Of a DNA stretch of 64,000 bases, positions 49,701 to 63,429 are shown piece after piece; position 1 is the first letter of the stretch, and each line of letters opens with the position of its first letter. This DNA comes from Felis catus (lineage: Eukaryota). The stretch covers positions 26,352,001 through 26,416,000 of the forward strand of contig NC_058368.1 in the NCBI RefSeq assembly GCF_018350175.1. The letters run 5' to 3'. The position numbers and the translations under genes were made by a program. A model generated the notes under the pieces. It saw nothing but the letters and a program-made list of their open reading frames with translations, did not search any database and was not told the origin of the DNA.

Positions 49701-51239
49701 CTGAGAAAACAGCTGAGCAGGCTGTAGGAAAGGGGCCGTGGGTAAGCCAGACAGCAGGGAAGAGAGATGCCAAGGAAAGGAGGGACAGGCAGACATTCCA
49801 GGTCAGGGCATCTGGCCTCAGGCAAGTCACTGGGGTTCAGAAAAATCCAGGCTAGCGCAGGAGCTACAGAATCCCCGGGGCCCCTGCCCTCTCCAACCTG
49901 TGTTTGGCATCCTGATCTTTGGTGACCTCGGATGGTCACATCTCTCTTTTATTTAACCATCCCCTTTCAACGAAATCCTCAGGCTTTAGCACGCAAGAAA
50001 CATTCACACTCAACAATCAAATGAACCGGATCAATCTTCCCGAGTCCACATCTGCTACCAACAGGTGCCCTCTCTTCCGCTTTGCAACCATTTCTAAACA
50101 GCTGTCTATACTCACTTTCTCCATGTCCTTGCTTTCAATTCCCACCTCAATCCACTTTATTCTAGCTCCTGCTCTCTTCACTCCACCGAAAATATCTCTT
50201 GCTAGGGACACAAAGCGCCTTCCATGTCACTTAATCCAATGGGCAGTTTCCAGCTACCTCCTGCCTGACTTCCTGACTCACCATTGTTGACCACTCCCTC
50301 CTATGCCCTCTCATCCCTTGGCCTCTGTGACACTATATTTCCCTGGTTTTCTAGTTTTCTTTGGCTCTTTACACTAAATGGGTTTTACAGGGGTCATCCT
50401 AACTCCATCTGACCAATAAACAAGAATAATGACACCTCTCAGTGAGCACTCGGGCTTTCTTCGATTCTCACTCATGTCTCACATTCTCACTTCCCGGGTG
50501 ACTTCACCCTGCCCCACAATTTTAGGTGGCCCTTAGCTTTTGCTGACTCACCTATGTGTATTGCCAGCCCTGACTTCCCAGAGCTCCAGACCCACACCTT
50601 CCATCATTGAATTGATATCTACACGTAGGTGGCTCAAAGACGCTTCAAACTCAACAGGACCTTCTCAGGATCCCTTCCCGCTGCCGAACTTGGCCTCGTT
50701 ACCCTCCATCTTGCAAATAAACTCAAAACGCAAGAGTCATCCTCGGCACCTCCAACTGATTACCAGCACCTGTGGACTTTAAGAATCTTGTGATTAGGCA
50801 CCTTTCTCCCCGTCCCTCCAGAAACCACCTTCGCGCAAGTTACCGCCATCTTTCCCCAGACCCCTGCCATGACCTCCAACTGGTCTACCCTTGCTCTTCT
50901 GCAATATTTGCTCCATACTGTAGCTAGATTTATTCTTCAAATGAAAACAAGTAAGATTGTGTCATCCCTGTGTTTCAAGCACATCAAAAAGCTTCCTATT
51001 GCCCAATCCTTGATGTGGCCTCCATGACCTATATATCCCGGTCCTATCAACCTGTCCAGACGTATCTTATATTACTCTTCTCTCCTGGGCTAATCCCTCA
51101 TGTTTTCAAACCTCTCAGGGCTCTTCCATATGCCACTCTTTCTGTACGAAATACTTCTCCCGCCGTACCCTATTGCCTAGTTTTCCTTTATAATCCAGAA
51201 GTTTTTTCTGCAGAGAAGCTTTCTTTGACTATCTGAGGC

Positions 51240-51562
51240 AAGAGTTCTCAAACCTGCGTGTGTATGGTAGTCTCCTGAGGATGTGGGAAAACAGAGGCTG
51301 GGCCCCACCTCCAGAGTTTCTAATCCAGTGGGTCTAGAGTGGGAAATGGAAATGTGTATTTCTTTTTAAGTAGGCTTCATGCCCAGGGGGGAGCCCACCG
51401 TGGGGCTTGAACTTAGGACCCTGAGATTAAGACCTGAGCTGAGATCAAGAGTTGGATGCCTACCTGACTGAACCACCCAGGTGCCCTGAGAATGTGTATT
51501 TCTAACTGGGTCACCGGTGATGCTGAGGCTGCTGGTCCAGGGACCACACTCTGAGAACCACT
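51240..51562. mobile_element. MER5A split by a SINE
   Basis: 'gttctcaaac...gctgggccccacctccagagtttct...ggtgatgctgaggctgctggtccagggaccacactctgagaaccact'. Confidence 0.8.
51364..51486 (-). mobile_element. Short Can-SINE inside MER5A
   Basis: TSD aatgtgtatttct at 51351-51363 and 51491-51503. Confidence 0.88.
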
Positions 51563-54396
51563 TGCCCAGCCTTTTGCCTTATATGCTTTCACAGCTTTGC
51601 ATGTCTCTCCTCCACTTTCATGACTGAAATCGCGCAGGTTTCAACATGACTACTTGGTAAACTTATGTTGCTTCCCCACCAGACTGAAGGCTCCAGGACA
51701 GCAGGGACCGTGCATGATTTTGCTCATGACCACCCTGGGCCTAGCTCAGCACCAGGCACGTAGCAGGTCCTCAGCGAATATTTCTTGGAGGAAAATGAAT
51801 GGTGAATAATTGCAAAGAGCATGGAGGAAAACACATATTATAAACCTCTCAGAGAATTATTTTGCGAACCAAGAAACACCAGCAAACAACTGCTTTTAGA
51901 TTCCGATGTTGCAAGAGCCCGGTCTTTGGCGGGGAAGGAAAGTCATGAAAGACCGTAAACTCCTTAAGGCCTGGGACTGTGTCATCCCAGCCCACTCTTA
52001 CCCTGGGGACAGACCTACCTCGGCTAACTGGGAGCGCCAGGACACAGGGGTGACAGAAGGGAGACAGCTAGAGAGTGGGAGGCTGCCGGCGTAACAGGAA
52101 GCTTCAGAAGGCCACTTTTATTGAGAATAAGGTTGATGATAAGCGAGCTCAAGAGAGTTGCTGAGATGAGAGATTGAGAGAGGCCACAGGAATACCACTG
52201 AGGAGGACAAGACCGCTCTAGAAATCACATCATTTTGATTATTTTCCATTTAAAAAATGACAAAGCTGGTGGGAAAAAGTATAGGTCCTGTGAGAGACAA
52301 GTAGAAACGTCAAGAAAGGAGACGTCGCAAAGGCTAAGGGTTAAGCTCTCAGGAAGAATCAGCACAAAGGGAGTCGAAGGCACGATGCTATTTCCAGTAG
52401 CATTTCCTGGTAGCGTCTCCAGAGATGGAGACGAGGGGAAAGACAGAGGTGCCCGGGATAGAGGGCAGAAAGGCACGGTGAAGAGAAGGGACGTTAGCAA
52501 AGAGCGTGATGCCCTTTATCCACAGTAACATGGCAGACAGCAGAAACGCTCTTCGAGCAGCAGACCAGACACAAACCCAAATGCTCCATGAGGCACAGGG
52601 TACAGGGCATGGAACAAGGGAGGATGCAGGTCACCTTGAGGGAGCCAGTGGCTGAGGAGACATCTTTTCCAGAGTGTCCATGTCAGGTCTCGAGGCAGGA
52701 GTTTCTCGGCAGAGGCATGTCCTCAGTCTTCCCTTTGTGGTGAAATAGAAGACCTTCTCCAAGGCTGCCCAGCTCCTCAAACATCCTGCTTGTCAGTCTC
52801 AGGGGGAGTGACAGCCACTTTGGGTGTCACAATTTCGAGACAGTTCTGGCGGTCTCCAGGAAAGGCCAGTGTTTTGGGTCGACCTGTAGACATGGTGAAT
52901 TCAAATCTGTCCTGGAGCAAGGTCCAGAAAAGGGTAAGGAGGTCGGGTGCCCCGGTGGCCCAGTCAACAAGCAGCCCACGGCTGGGTCAAGGGTTTATCC
53001 ATCTGGGAGCAGACCCAGGATGGCTGTATACGTGGAACCTCTGGACAACGCACGTTTTCTGGCAGGGAAAGTAGGAGATGTTTTAACAGGAATTCTTTTC
53101 AATACATGGTCATATGCTGAAGGCCTAAGGTGGGTGGAAACCTTCTGCTTGGTAGTACTTTTGGGAGAAGTGGTAAGAGGGAGGGAAGGCAGTGTAATAG
53201 GGTTTCGAGTTCAGGTTTGGGGACTGGCTCTCTCTCTCTTTAGCTGTGTGATGCTAGCTGATTTCCTCTAGGAGCCTCAGTTTTACGATCTGGAAAAACG
53301 AGTACCATAGCTCCTTCGTAGGGATTATGTGACGAGAAGAGAAAACATATGTGTATAGTAAGTAGCCAAGACAGTTGTATGAACAGGTCCTGCTCATCCC
53401 TATTAGCTAGTTTATATAAAGAATTCTTTCTAGAAATAGAGAGGAGGCTCCCGCTGCCCCTACAGAGGTGACCCCACCGACCTCTGGATGACATCACCAC
53501 AGCTTCCTCAGGATCTCGGAGCGAGTATGCTCCCCCCTACAAGTTTTCTTACCACCGTAAAGCAAAATCACTAGGAAGATCCAAATGTTCTCTTTCTTTC
53601 TCTGTGAGCGTTCAGAGTCTTGGTCAGAACCTTGCCTGGGAGGCTGAGATGTGGGGAGAGAGCGTGACTAAGGGCCATGAATATAATGACTAACAATCAA
53701 CTCCCAAGGTCCTAGGAGTTAGGGACCATTCTTAGGTCTTTTAAGAATGGGAGAACCAAGGCTTAGAACGGGCGTAAGCTGGAGAAGGTCACATGGCTAG
53801 TAGGTCGCAGAGCTGGGTTTCAAACCCAGGGAGGCTGGCCTTGGAGCTGGCACACAGGTGGCTTGATCCTTTCCCTCCACACTGTTCTCAGCAGAAACAG
53901 TAGGTCCTAGGAAGGACAGGGGTGTTGGCCCTTCCAGAAATGGAGAGGCCTTCTGTACAGGGAGATCCTTGGACCACCTGAAACATGAGACTGGGGAATG
54001 GGAGGGATTCAGGCCCAGCCAAGAACATCTCAGGGAATCACTTCTTCATATCCGTTCTGAATAGGCTGTCCTGAAAAACGCGCTGGTCTATGACATGCTA
54101 GCTCTCCCACCTCCCCTGTGTCCACAGGCAGATTCCCTGGGGGATATGGGAGCCTACAGCCCCTTAACCGACAGACGAAAGCAATGTCCCTGCCCAGAAA
54201 CAGTGTGACTACTCACAACTCATGTGCCAAATAAACCTAGCAGGCCATTTGCTCAGAGGCATGAGCTCTGTCATGAGAGGCCAGCTCTGGGCCAGACGCA
54301 GCTTCCTATTTGATGGGCAAAGAGGGTCCAGATGTCTGTTCCTGTCCGGGGATGGAAAAAAACCCAGAATATCCAGCAACACCGGAGGTACCCCCT

Positions 54397-54579
54397 ACAC
54401 AAACACAGACAAAGACACACACTCGCAAACACATACACACACACAAACGCACATCCGCTCACACTCTCAAGCGCACTCACAAATGTAAATACACACAAAT
54501 ATGTACAAACTCACACATATGCACACTCATAAATGCACACACACGCCTACTCACACACACACACATACACACACACTCA

Positions 54580-54627
<48 letters not shown>
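54397..54627. repeat. Degenerate plus perfect (CA)n/(CT)n microsatellite
   Basis: Direct inspection; perfect (AC)17 at 54593-54626. Confidence 0.9.
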
Positions 54628-54629
<2 letters not shown>

Positions 54630-57600
54630 TCCCACTTCCACCAGAACAGCTGCTCTTTCGTTTGTTCCTAAGATATGAACAGAGTTTGGCTGCTTGTTAA
54701 AAACAGGCTAAAAACCACTAGTCAAGATGTTTTCTTCTTAAAATACACTTAATTTTTTCTAGATTATAAAAGTTTTCTGTATTTCTCTATATTATAAAAG
54801 TCATATATGCTCACACGGGGAAATAGAAAAGTCTGAAGGAAATAACAGCCACTCGTTAATCCTATTACCCGAGAGGTTCCCCTTTGATGGGGGATATAAG
54901 CTCATCAGTTTCAAGAATGCTCAGGCTTCAGTAACCATTAAAATTCTCATAATCCCTAATTAGGAAATGAATATCAGGCTTGGCCAGAGAGAGAGAAATC
55001 AAATTGAAATTAGGAATACATGAGGGAGAAACGGTCTGAGGGAGGGAGCTGGGGCACGGCTGATGTGTGAGAGTTTCCCTCTGGGAATCAAGGGATAATA
55101 GGAATTAAACGGGGACTCCATTAATCCCAGTAGAAACCTCAGTGAGGGGTAAGGACAGGGGAGGGGACAAGCAGGTTGCAAAGAGCCTGGTCTCGGGCCG
55201 CTGCCATCTGTCACCGTGCAGTTTCACACGGGGCTCGGAGAAGGGAAATCATGCTACAGGATCACAAGATGCGCGTATATGCTGACTAAACAGCCCGATT
55301 GTCTGGACAACGAACGTGTTAAGGAAAAGACCTAATCAATCTCGTGGAGTCCAGGGGACATTCTGGTCAAAGAGGAAAGCTGGGAATGCGGAAGACAGTT
55401 GTCCTGTGAACCCCGTGGCACTCCCATCACAGAAAGGCCAGGGATGGCAAGGGTGAGCACGGGACCCCGCTGTCCACACCAGGTTTAGGATGGACATTGT
55501 TAATCAATTGCAGCACACTTTCCCCCGGAGCTTGGGCGTGGCCTCAGAATCCTTGTCTAGAAAACTCTTAAAGGAGCTGAGGACAAAAGTAGAGGAAAAT
55601 CCAGGGTTACAGCAGGGTGACTGGCTTCATTCATGGTCTGGGGCAGTGCATCAGGACTGCAAGTGTCCCCCAGAGATAGCGGCGGGCCGGTCTGAGCGAC
55701 GGCATCTTTGCCGCCTCAGACAGACATTCTGGGTCACGCTTGTCTCTGAGTCTCGAGATAAAAACCAGCACTCTTCAGAAGCTATCACACGGTTCTCAAA
55801 GAGGCAGGTTTGAAACCAAGGGCCAGGAGAGACAGGATGAGGTGCTTATCTGGAAAGGGGCCCCACTGCCTGCAGAAATGGAAGACAGTGTTTTTATAAA
55901 AAGAGGAGAAAAACACAGCAGAGTCTCTAAGAGGGGCTGGGCGGGGGGCGGGGGGCGGGATGCTTGAATCCTTAAGGCTTCAGTGTGGATCTGGGGCCCT
56001 AGGAAATCAAGTAAAGACAAATGTAAACAGTTAAAAAGGCCCAAGCAAAACAAAGTCCCCGGCCAAGCAAGACTTGAACAAGAGAAGTTTGGAATAATTA
56101 TCTGAGGACACTCATAACTCATAACATAAACCTCGTATGAGGTTTTCTCGTAACAGGCTTTCTGAGAAACAGGTTTCAGATTTCTGGTAGGATGTATACA
56201 ATAACAATACAGCTAGTTACCAAATTATACAAAACAAAGAACCATATGGCCCTGAGATGTCCTCTATCTGGATAATACTGGGTCTCAAAAGAACGTACTG
56301 TTCCCAGAGCTTTTGTTTCTCACAAAGAGAACTTTTATAGCAAAACAGTGGTGTATTCAGGTCGAGATATCAGAAATAGATATTTCTGATATCGACGTAA
56401 ACTACAAACCCCTGTTTGTTGATTTTAGTCTGTAGGTGGGTTCTTCCTTTCCCCTGCGTGGGGAGGTCGGGAAGATTTTGAAGCTTTATCATGGAAAGAT
56501 AGGCTCACACCCTCGGAATGGAATGTTATCAAACTGCAGACACTCATCCTTGGAGCGAAGAGGCCGGGCCTACCGTTGAAGAGCAAGACCAATGTGAGTG
56601 GCTGAGCCTTGCCGATGGGCTGCCCACGGAAGGCCCAGCCGGGAAAGATGCAAAGCAAATGGAAACCTGAGCCAGCACCCCCCCCCCCCCCCCCCCCCCG
56701 CCATGGCACACCAGCCCCTCCCATCCACCGTGCCACTATCGGGGCTATGCTGATGGGGATGGTGGTAGTGACTGAGGCTGCAGGTGTCGAGCTGTGGGCC
56801 AGCGCTTAATATCCCTGGAGCCCGTCGATGCCCTTTGGAGGGGCTACTCTTATCCCTAGTTGATCAATAAGGAAATCGATACAGAGAGTAAATAACGTGT
56901 CCAAGGTTGTCCAGCTGACAGTGAATCTTAGGCTTTGAACCTACATCTGGCAGATTCCAAAACTACCCTCCTCTCTGAGGCCTCTTCATCTCTCATCCTG
57001 TTCCTGCCAAACGGTCAGGCTTCAAAGAAGCGTCTTGCCTAAGAGCCCTTTTGCAATCACAGAGAGTGGAAATTTACTTACTCTGAAGAGGGGTGCATTT
57101 AGATAGCCTCCTTCCAACTGCATGTCAACGGGGTAATGTATTAGAGGCTACCACCGTGTACCTGGGCTGGACTCCCATCTTGGGGGCCTCAGGGCAGCCC
57201 CAGGAGGTCTGGCGCTCTTATCTGATTTCCTGATGAGGGGGTGAGTGTTCCCTGGGTGCATGTTTGCGCCAGGGGCCTCTGCGTTCTGTACCCTTGCTGC
57301 TCTGCTGGTTCTTCTCCCTTCTTTTTCGTTATCTTGTTCTTATCAGCACCGCAGGCATTAAAGGCATGTGTGGAGAATGAGGAAGGCCACAGGGAAGAAG
57401 CCAAGAAGCAAGGGGTCAAGACTGCTGTGACACATCACGCCCCATATAGTCAAGGGGTCCTGTGACCTCTTGGAGGTTCGTTAACTTGTTTTTTTTTTTC
57501 CACACGAAGTGGAGTAACGGTGGCCAATAAGAGTGCATGAGCCTAAATGCCAACGTTTCCCCAGTCCTGATCCTTTCCCACAATCTCGCCAGGAGAACGG

Positions 57601-59182
57601 ATACGATGTGCATTCCTTATTACTTGCCTGACCCAAATATTTACCTATCCTAGGTACACGGACACTATTTCTGAAAAGAGCACTTTGCCCAACCAATCAT
57701 CGTGGGAAAAGACGTGGGTCAACAGAGTGAGGTGATGAGAGTGTTGTCTTTCAAGAGAATCAGATCATTGATCAGCACCTTCGTTAATATTGGAAGCTTT
57801 CATATTTTCCCCGTCTGTATAAAAATATACAACATAGGAGCCGCCAGCCACCTGGCCTCAGAGAGAATAGTGACACGAGGCTTCCGTCATCCTCTCACCA
57901 GGAAGGCTCGTGACATGAGGCAGAGGAACCCACGGATGGCATGGCAGGCTGTTAGGACATGACACTCTCTTAAATATAGAGAAGACACTGGCCCCACAAC
58001 CTGAAGGAGGAGAAACTCAAGAAGGGCAGTAGGCTCTGCAAGACGAACTGAATCGTGACTAATCCCAGCGAGGTGGCCACCGGGACAGACCTAAAGGAGT
58101 TATTGTGTTTTTCATGACATGTTTGGCTTAGAAAAGCACGCGTACAAAGATAGAAGGAAGGGCACAGCACCAAGGACAAGCTGAGAAGAGTGACACGTTT
58201 CTGTGAGAACAGTGCCTGACTTGAGCTGAGGCTTGCAGGAAAAAAAAAAAAAAAAGGTAAGTTAGCAAAAATAAATAAATAAATAAAAATAAAAATTAAA
58301 GGTGGGTTAGTGGATTATTTTTAGTTACGATTAAAAAAGAGATGAAGCCCATTACTTAGGGATCATGGTAACATGTTAACCAACTCCTAACTAGCCTCTC
58401 CATAAAAGCAACGCGGTCTTAATGACAAGGATTTAAAGAAGCGACACCGGGAGAGAACAGGCTGTGAAGGCAGGGGGGTGTGGCATGCTAGTAAGTGCTG
58501 TGTCCTCTTAGCCACTCTAAATCCATGTCTCTGGGCCCTGCGGGCTCCCGTTCCAGCCCCCTGATAGATCTCCCATCCCAGAAAGGATAACAGAGCCAAT
58601 GTACTTGATCCCTGAGAAAACGAATGGAGACTGGGAGGGTTCCAAGAGACTGCTGTCAGCAGATGTCCCAATTTACCTGGAGGTTGGGGGAGGGGCAGGG
58701 GGAGGAGATACAGTTCCTACTATATAGACTGATAGCCTGGCAAGATTTTAATTAAAGTGTAATTTAGAGAAGGTTTTCAAGCCCTTTGAAAAGGGTGGAT
58801 ATTGACAACTAACACCGGTCTGAGAAAAACAGACCAAATCACTTTATCGACTTAACCCCCTCCACGTGCTACCTCACCGTGCAGACTGGGGAGGGCACCG
58901 GTTAATATGTATCTGGACGCCAAAAAAGAAAACAATACTGGCTCTGTACCTTTGTAGCCCCTGACAACACGGACTGCGTGATGACTCACAGGTCCTTGCC
59001 ACTGGGCTTTGGCCATTCTTGAGCCCGGCACGCTATCTCAAGTCTATGTGCCTTTGTCACGTAGTAATCTCTCATGTGGAACGACCTGTCCTTTGTCTGG
59101 CTGTTTGTCCTTCAAAACTCACCACAAATGGCACCTCCTCTGGGAAACTTTCTCTTCTGCTCAGTATGACTGAGAAGTCCCC

Positions 59183-59526
59183 ACTACGGTCTGATTGCGT
59201 TCTCCCATATCCGCGTGCTGGAATCCTGATGTCCAATGGAGACCTCATTCATTAGGTCATGAATGGGACCCATGAATGGGACCTCATGAATGGGATCAGT
59301 GCTCTTATCAAAGAGACCCCACAGAGCTCCCTACCTTTTCTGCCATGTGAGGATACAACATGAAGATATGAGGAGAGGTCTGTGACTGGGAAAAGGGTCC
59401 TCACCAGACCAGGCTGGCACCCTAATCTGACTTCCAACCTCCAGAACTGTGAGCAGTAAATTTCTGCTACTTCTAAGCCACCTAGCCCGTGGTGTTTTGT
59501 TATAGCAGCCTGAGCAGGCTAACACA
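59183..59526 (+). mobile_element. MLT1A-like solo LTR
   Basis: 'catgaatgggatcagtgctcttat...gccatgtgaggatac...cctccagaactgtgag...ttttgttatagcagcctgagcaggctaacaca'. Confidence 0.85.
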
Positions 59527-60689
59527 GTCCCTTATCCGTGCCCACCAAGCACTCTGGGCACTCTGCTATCATAGAACTCTTGCCCTAGGTACAACTGACA
59601 GCTTCCTTATCTGCCTCTCCCGTTGCCTGCAGCCTCCTGAAAGTGGTTGTTCCAAAGCCTGGCACAGTGCCAGGCACACAGCGGACCCCGCCAAGCCCCC
59701 AAGACACGATGATTGTTTGTACAAGTTTTGCAGAGAGGTTCAAAGTCAACCTGGAGGGAGTTGTCTCGAATTGTGTTCCATGGGCTTCTCTAAGTCTAGA
59801 CTTTATCAGTGACTTGGAGGTACAGTATACTTTCTGAGACTATAAAGCTGGCAAAGAAAGATGATTAGATAGGAGGCTCAAGGTTCAAGATCTAACAATC
59901 TACAGGCTGGCCACAAGGCCTGAAAGGGCAGATCACCTTTTCACATAGATTTATTTTTCTTGATTTTTGTATGGCTTGCTAAAGGCACATGGTTTTTTGT
60001 TTGTTTTGTTTCCGGGTGAAAATCAGAGACCAATCATCTGAGGCAACGCACGGCAGACGAATATGCAGGCAGTGATGGAAATGCTGCATTAATGCACCAT
60101 ATTCCTCGGAATTTTGTACAGCGTTCTGAACTACGCATCGCTGATGAAGGCGATACGCTGACCATATCATATGTCACTGACCATATCGTACATGATAATG
60201 CAATTTCATGCAAGCCATTTACTATGCATGTTCTTCTGTATTTCTAGACTTTGTTGGCTACGCTATAAAAAGACAACTGACAACCAACAATAAAATTTTA
60301 ATAGAAATATTCATGAAGCTTTATATTAGGTCTCAAGAAAGCCAGCTGGATATCTATAGTATGGGGAACATCTTGCTGTACTCATCCATCCACCCATCCG
60401 TGAATCCATTCAGCCAACCACACTGAGCGCTCGCTATATGCTAAATACTTATAAGAATCTACCGGTTTAGTGGAAAATAAACATTCCCTTCCCTGAGCTT
60501 ATGTCCCAGCAGTGGGAAATATATACTAAAGAAGCAAAGTAAATAATGTCATACGTTGATGAGGGTCATGAATAAAATAAACAATGTGTGATGGGGTAAG
60601 GGACAGCTCTGGATTGGGGGGAGGTATGTACATGCTTCTCTGAAGCTTGTAGAGCATTTATGTTAAGGAGAGTTTGGAGGGGCCAGGCT

Positions 60690-61200
60690 ATCCTTCAGCT
60701 TGATGTGAGTCTAGGATGTGCTGTGACTGCTGAAAATAAACTGAAGCTTGGGTCACATTAATAGAAGCAGAGTGATGGGATCAAGGGCAGTGGCAATCCT
60801 AATGCCTCTGTAGCAGTCACACCCCTTCTAGACCAACTTCCACAGCTGCAAATGTTATATACTTTAAGACACTCATGGAGTGTACCCAGAAGCGGGGTCT
60901 AGAAACCACATCTTTTGAGGCTAGGTTGAGAGAAGTAGGGAAGTTTAGTTTGCGGAATTTAAACTCATCTTTAAAATATCCGAAGAGTCAAGATGATTCA
61001 AGATGTTCAGAAGAGAATGAGTCCATGCCTTGTGGTTTTAGGAGTTCGCACCTGAACTACTGAAAAGATAGTTCAGTGTAGTTCAAAAGATGTATAACTA
61101 GAGCTATACAGAAATGGGATAGGCGTTTTGAAGAAGTGAGCCCTTCACCCTCAGAAGTATTCCAGTAGAGGTTGGGTAAACTCTGCTAAAGAAGAGGGAT
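60690..61200 (+). mobile_element. CR1/L3 LINE 3' fragment
   Basis: 'cttgggtcacattaatagaagc...gatcaaggg', 'aagtgagcccttcaccctcagaagtattccagtagagg'. Confidence 0.6.
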
Positions 61201-61856
61201 TCCCTCTATTGGGTAAAATATTCCCTTCGAGTCACATCCTTGGGAATGGGGTGTGCAGTTTTGTTTCTTCGAGTGAGAGATCTCAGGAACCTCGGAAGGC
61301 CTGTCTTGTTAGAAGTAGCCCCACTATTCCTCACTTACCACTATCTTAGAGACCCAACCCATGGGGACCAGGAATTACAAGACTCCCAGTAACCAAATTC
61401 AACGAGAGACAACTGCACGATCCTTTGCTCAAGCCTCCCCTGTGTGTGTGCATGTTTGCACGTGAGTGTAAGCAAAGCTCTCTGAACTTGGCCACCTTTC
61501 AGTGTGAGGTGACTGTACCTTGAGGCTCAGGTCAAAGGCTCAGTTCTATTTATGAGTTCTGTAGAGTTTCCTCTGAGAAAGGCATAAAGCCTCTCCCTTT
61601 CTCTGCAATCTGGATCTACCTTGGGTAGACAGATAGGTGTTCCACTTTCTGTTCTAAATGCCCTTTTTAGGCTATGTTTTACTGAACTCTAAAGTGTAAA
61701 CAGCCAATTTAATTGCTCAGTGTAATCATTTTATGATTATGATTTGATAGGATATCAATTTTGTCTCTACTCATATTTGCTCTGCTAGACTAGAGACCAA
61801 ATCAAAACCCATTAAGATGAAGGCTTCAGGCAGAGATTAACTTGAATCCCAGAACA

Positions 61857-61857
<1 letters not shown>

Positions 61858-61892
<35 letters not shown>
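61858..61892. repeat. (TG)n microsatellite in SERP2 intron
   Basis: Direct inspection, ~17 units. Confidence 0.95.
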
Positions 61893-61894
<2 letters not shown>

Positions 61895-61963
61895 TTTTTA
61901 TTGTTGTCTATTTTCTTGTGAATAAAACCTGTGTTTTTGAAGGACAGAGGACAGCATGGTCTA

Positions 61964-62095
<132 letters not shown>

Positions 62096-62369
62096 TCATT
62101 CAGGAAACATTTGTGGGGTACTACTAGACCCTACTAAAGATTGGGAATACCACGATGGGTGAGATGGATCCATTCTCAATGCCCAATGGGCAGGGAATAG
62201 CTGAATAAAGCCAATTGTGAAGGATCCAGATAGGTGTGAAAAAAATTAACCAATAACCTTATTTATACTCCTGTAACTCAGCGCACTTGGCACTCTTAAG
62301 TATTCTAGGGACAGATGGGGTATAAGTACCAACTGATACAGTGATTTGGGAGTCCCAAATGATAGTACT

Positions 62370-62570
62370 AATAATTGCTTCCATTTGTTGAAGGCACACT
62401 GGATGCCAGGCTCTATCCTAGGCAATCTACAACCACTCTTTCCACCACTCACAACTCCATGCCAGGCAAGTGTTATCAACTCCATTTTGTGGTTGGGAAA
62501 CTGACACCCAGAGTTTGTTAATTTGATCAAGGGCTGGGATTCAAATTTAGACTTGCCTCATTACAGAGCC
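62370..62570 (-). mobile_element. MIR
   Basis: 'ctcacaactccatg...ccattttgtggttgggaaactgacacccagag...gctgggattcaaa'. Confidence 0.7.
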
Positions 62571-62979
62571 TGGGTGGTTTCCACTAACAGAATCATCTTA
62601 AATTCCCGAATCTGTGGATTCCAAATAAGGTCACAGAACAGCCATTTTCTCAAAACCTTCCACACGCCAAGAACATGGGGAAGGTGAGTGCTGTGGAAAT
62701 TCTCAGAATGGCGGAAGCACCACAGCAACGGTGAGCGCGTAGGCAAAGGAAGCAGCATTTTGTAATGAGGAAAGTTCCTCAACCCAAATGAAGCTTACAC
62801 TTTGAAGAAATCTCTTCCTTCCCTGGGGAGCAGAATGGCACTACTGTGCCCACATGAACCCAGTCCCTGCACACCTCCTGCTCCCCTCAAACTAAAAACA
62901 CAGACGTAATAAGAACAACCATCCACAACCCCTCTAGGTCTATTTGCAGGTACGGCTTGGTCCTTGAAATCAAACCGAT

Positions 62980-63187
62980 GGGGGTGTCTGGGTGGCTTAG
63001 TCAATTAAGCGTAGAACTTCAGCTCGGTCACGATCTTACGGCTTTTGGGTTCGAGCCCCGCGTCGAGCTCTGTGCTGACAGCTCAGAGCCTGGAGCCTCC
63101 TTCAGATTCTGTGTCTCCCTCTCCGTCTGCCCCTCCCCTTCTCGCACTCTGTCTCTCACTCTCTCGTGAATAAGTAAACATTAAAAA
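62980..63187 (+). mobile_element. Can-SINE
   Basis: TSD aaatcaaaccgat (62967-62979) / aaatcaaatcgat (63188-63200). Confidence 0.93.
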
Positions 63188-63429
63188 AAATCAAATCGAT
63201 CAAGGAAAAACTATTTTTTTTTGAGAGAGGCGTCCAAAAAAACAGTGATCTTCTCCAATAAAAAGGGAGATGTTAGAGTGAAGAAAATAACTCACTAACA
63301 TTTCCTCACGTGTGTGAGCCAGAAATAGGCTGTTACCCACGTCAATACAAGAACTCATTTTATTATAAATAAGGCAACAATTCTTCGGTTCTCAGCTTAC
63401 CTGTTACTTTCTGAGACAGCCTTCTCTCT

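Larger units (their letters stand above)
49950..51810 (+). mobile_element. Long L2 fragment, interrupted by MER5A and a SINE
   Basis: 'ccatgtcacttaatccaatgggcagttt...gttgaccactccctcc', 'gactgaaggctcc...gcagggaccgtg', tail 'gaatattt...aatgaatggtgaat'. Confidence 0.75.

Noticed and set aside
56678..56699. Long C homopolymer (also G-runs at ~10752 and ~27366)
   Set aside because: Simple mononucleotide runs with no supportable function; length is error-prone
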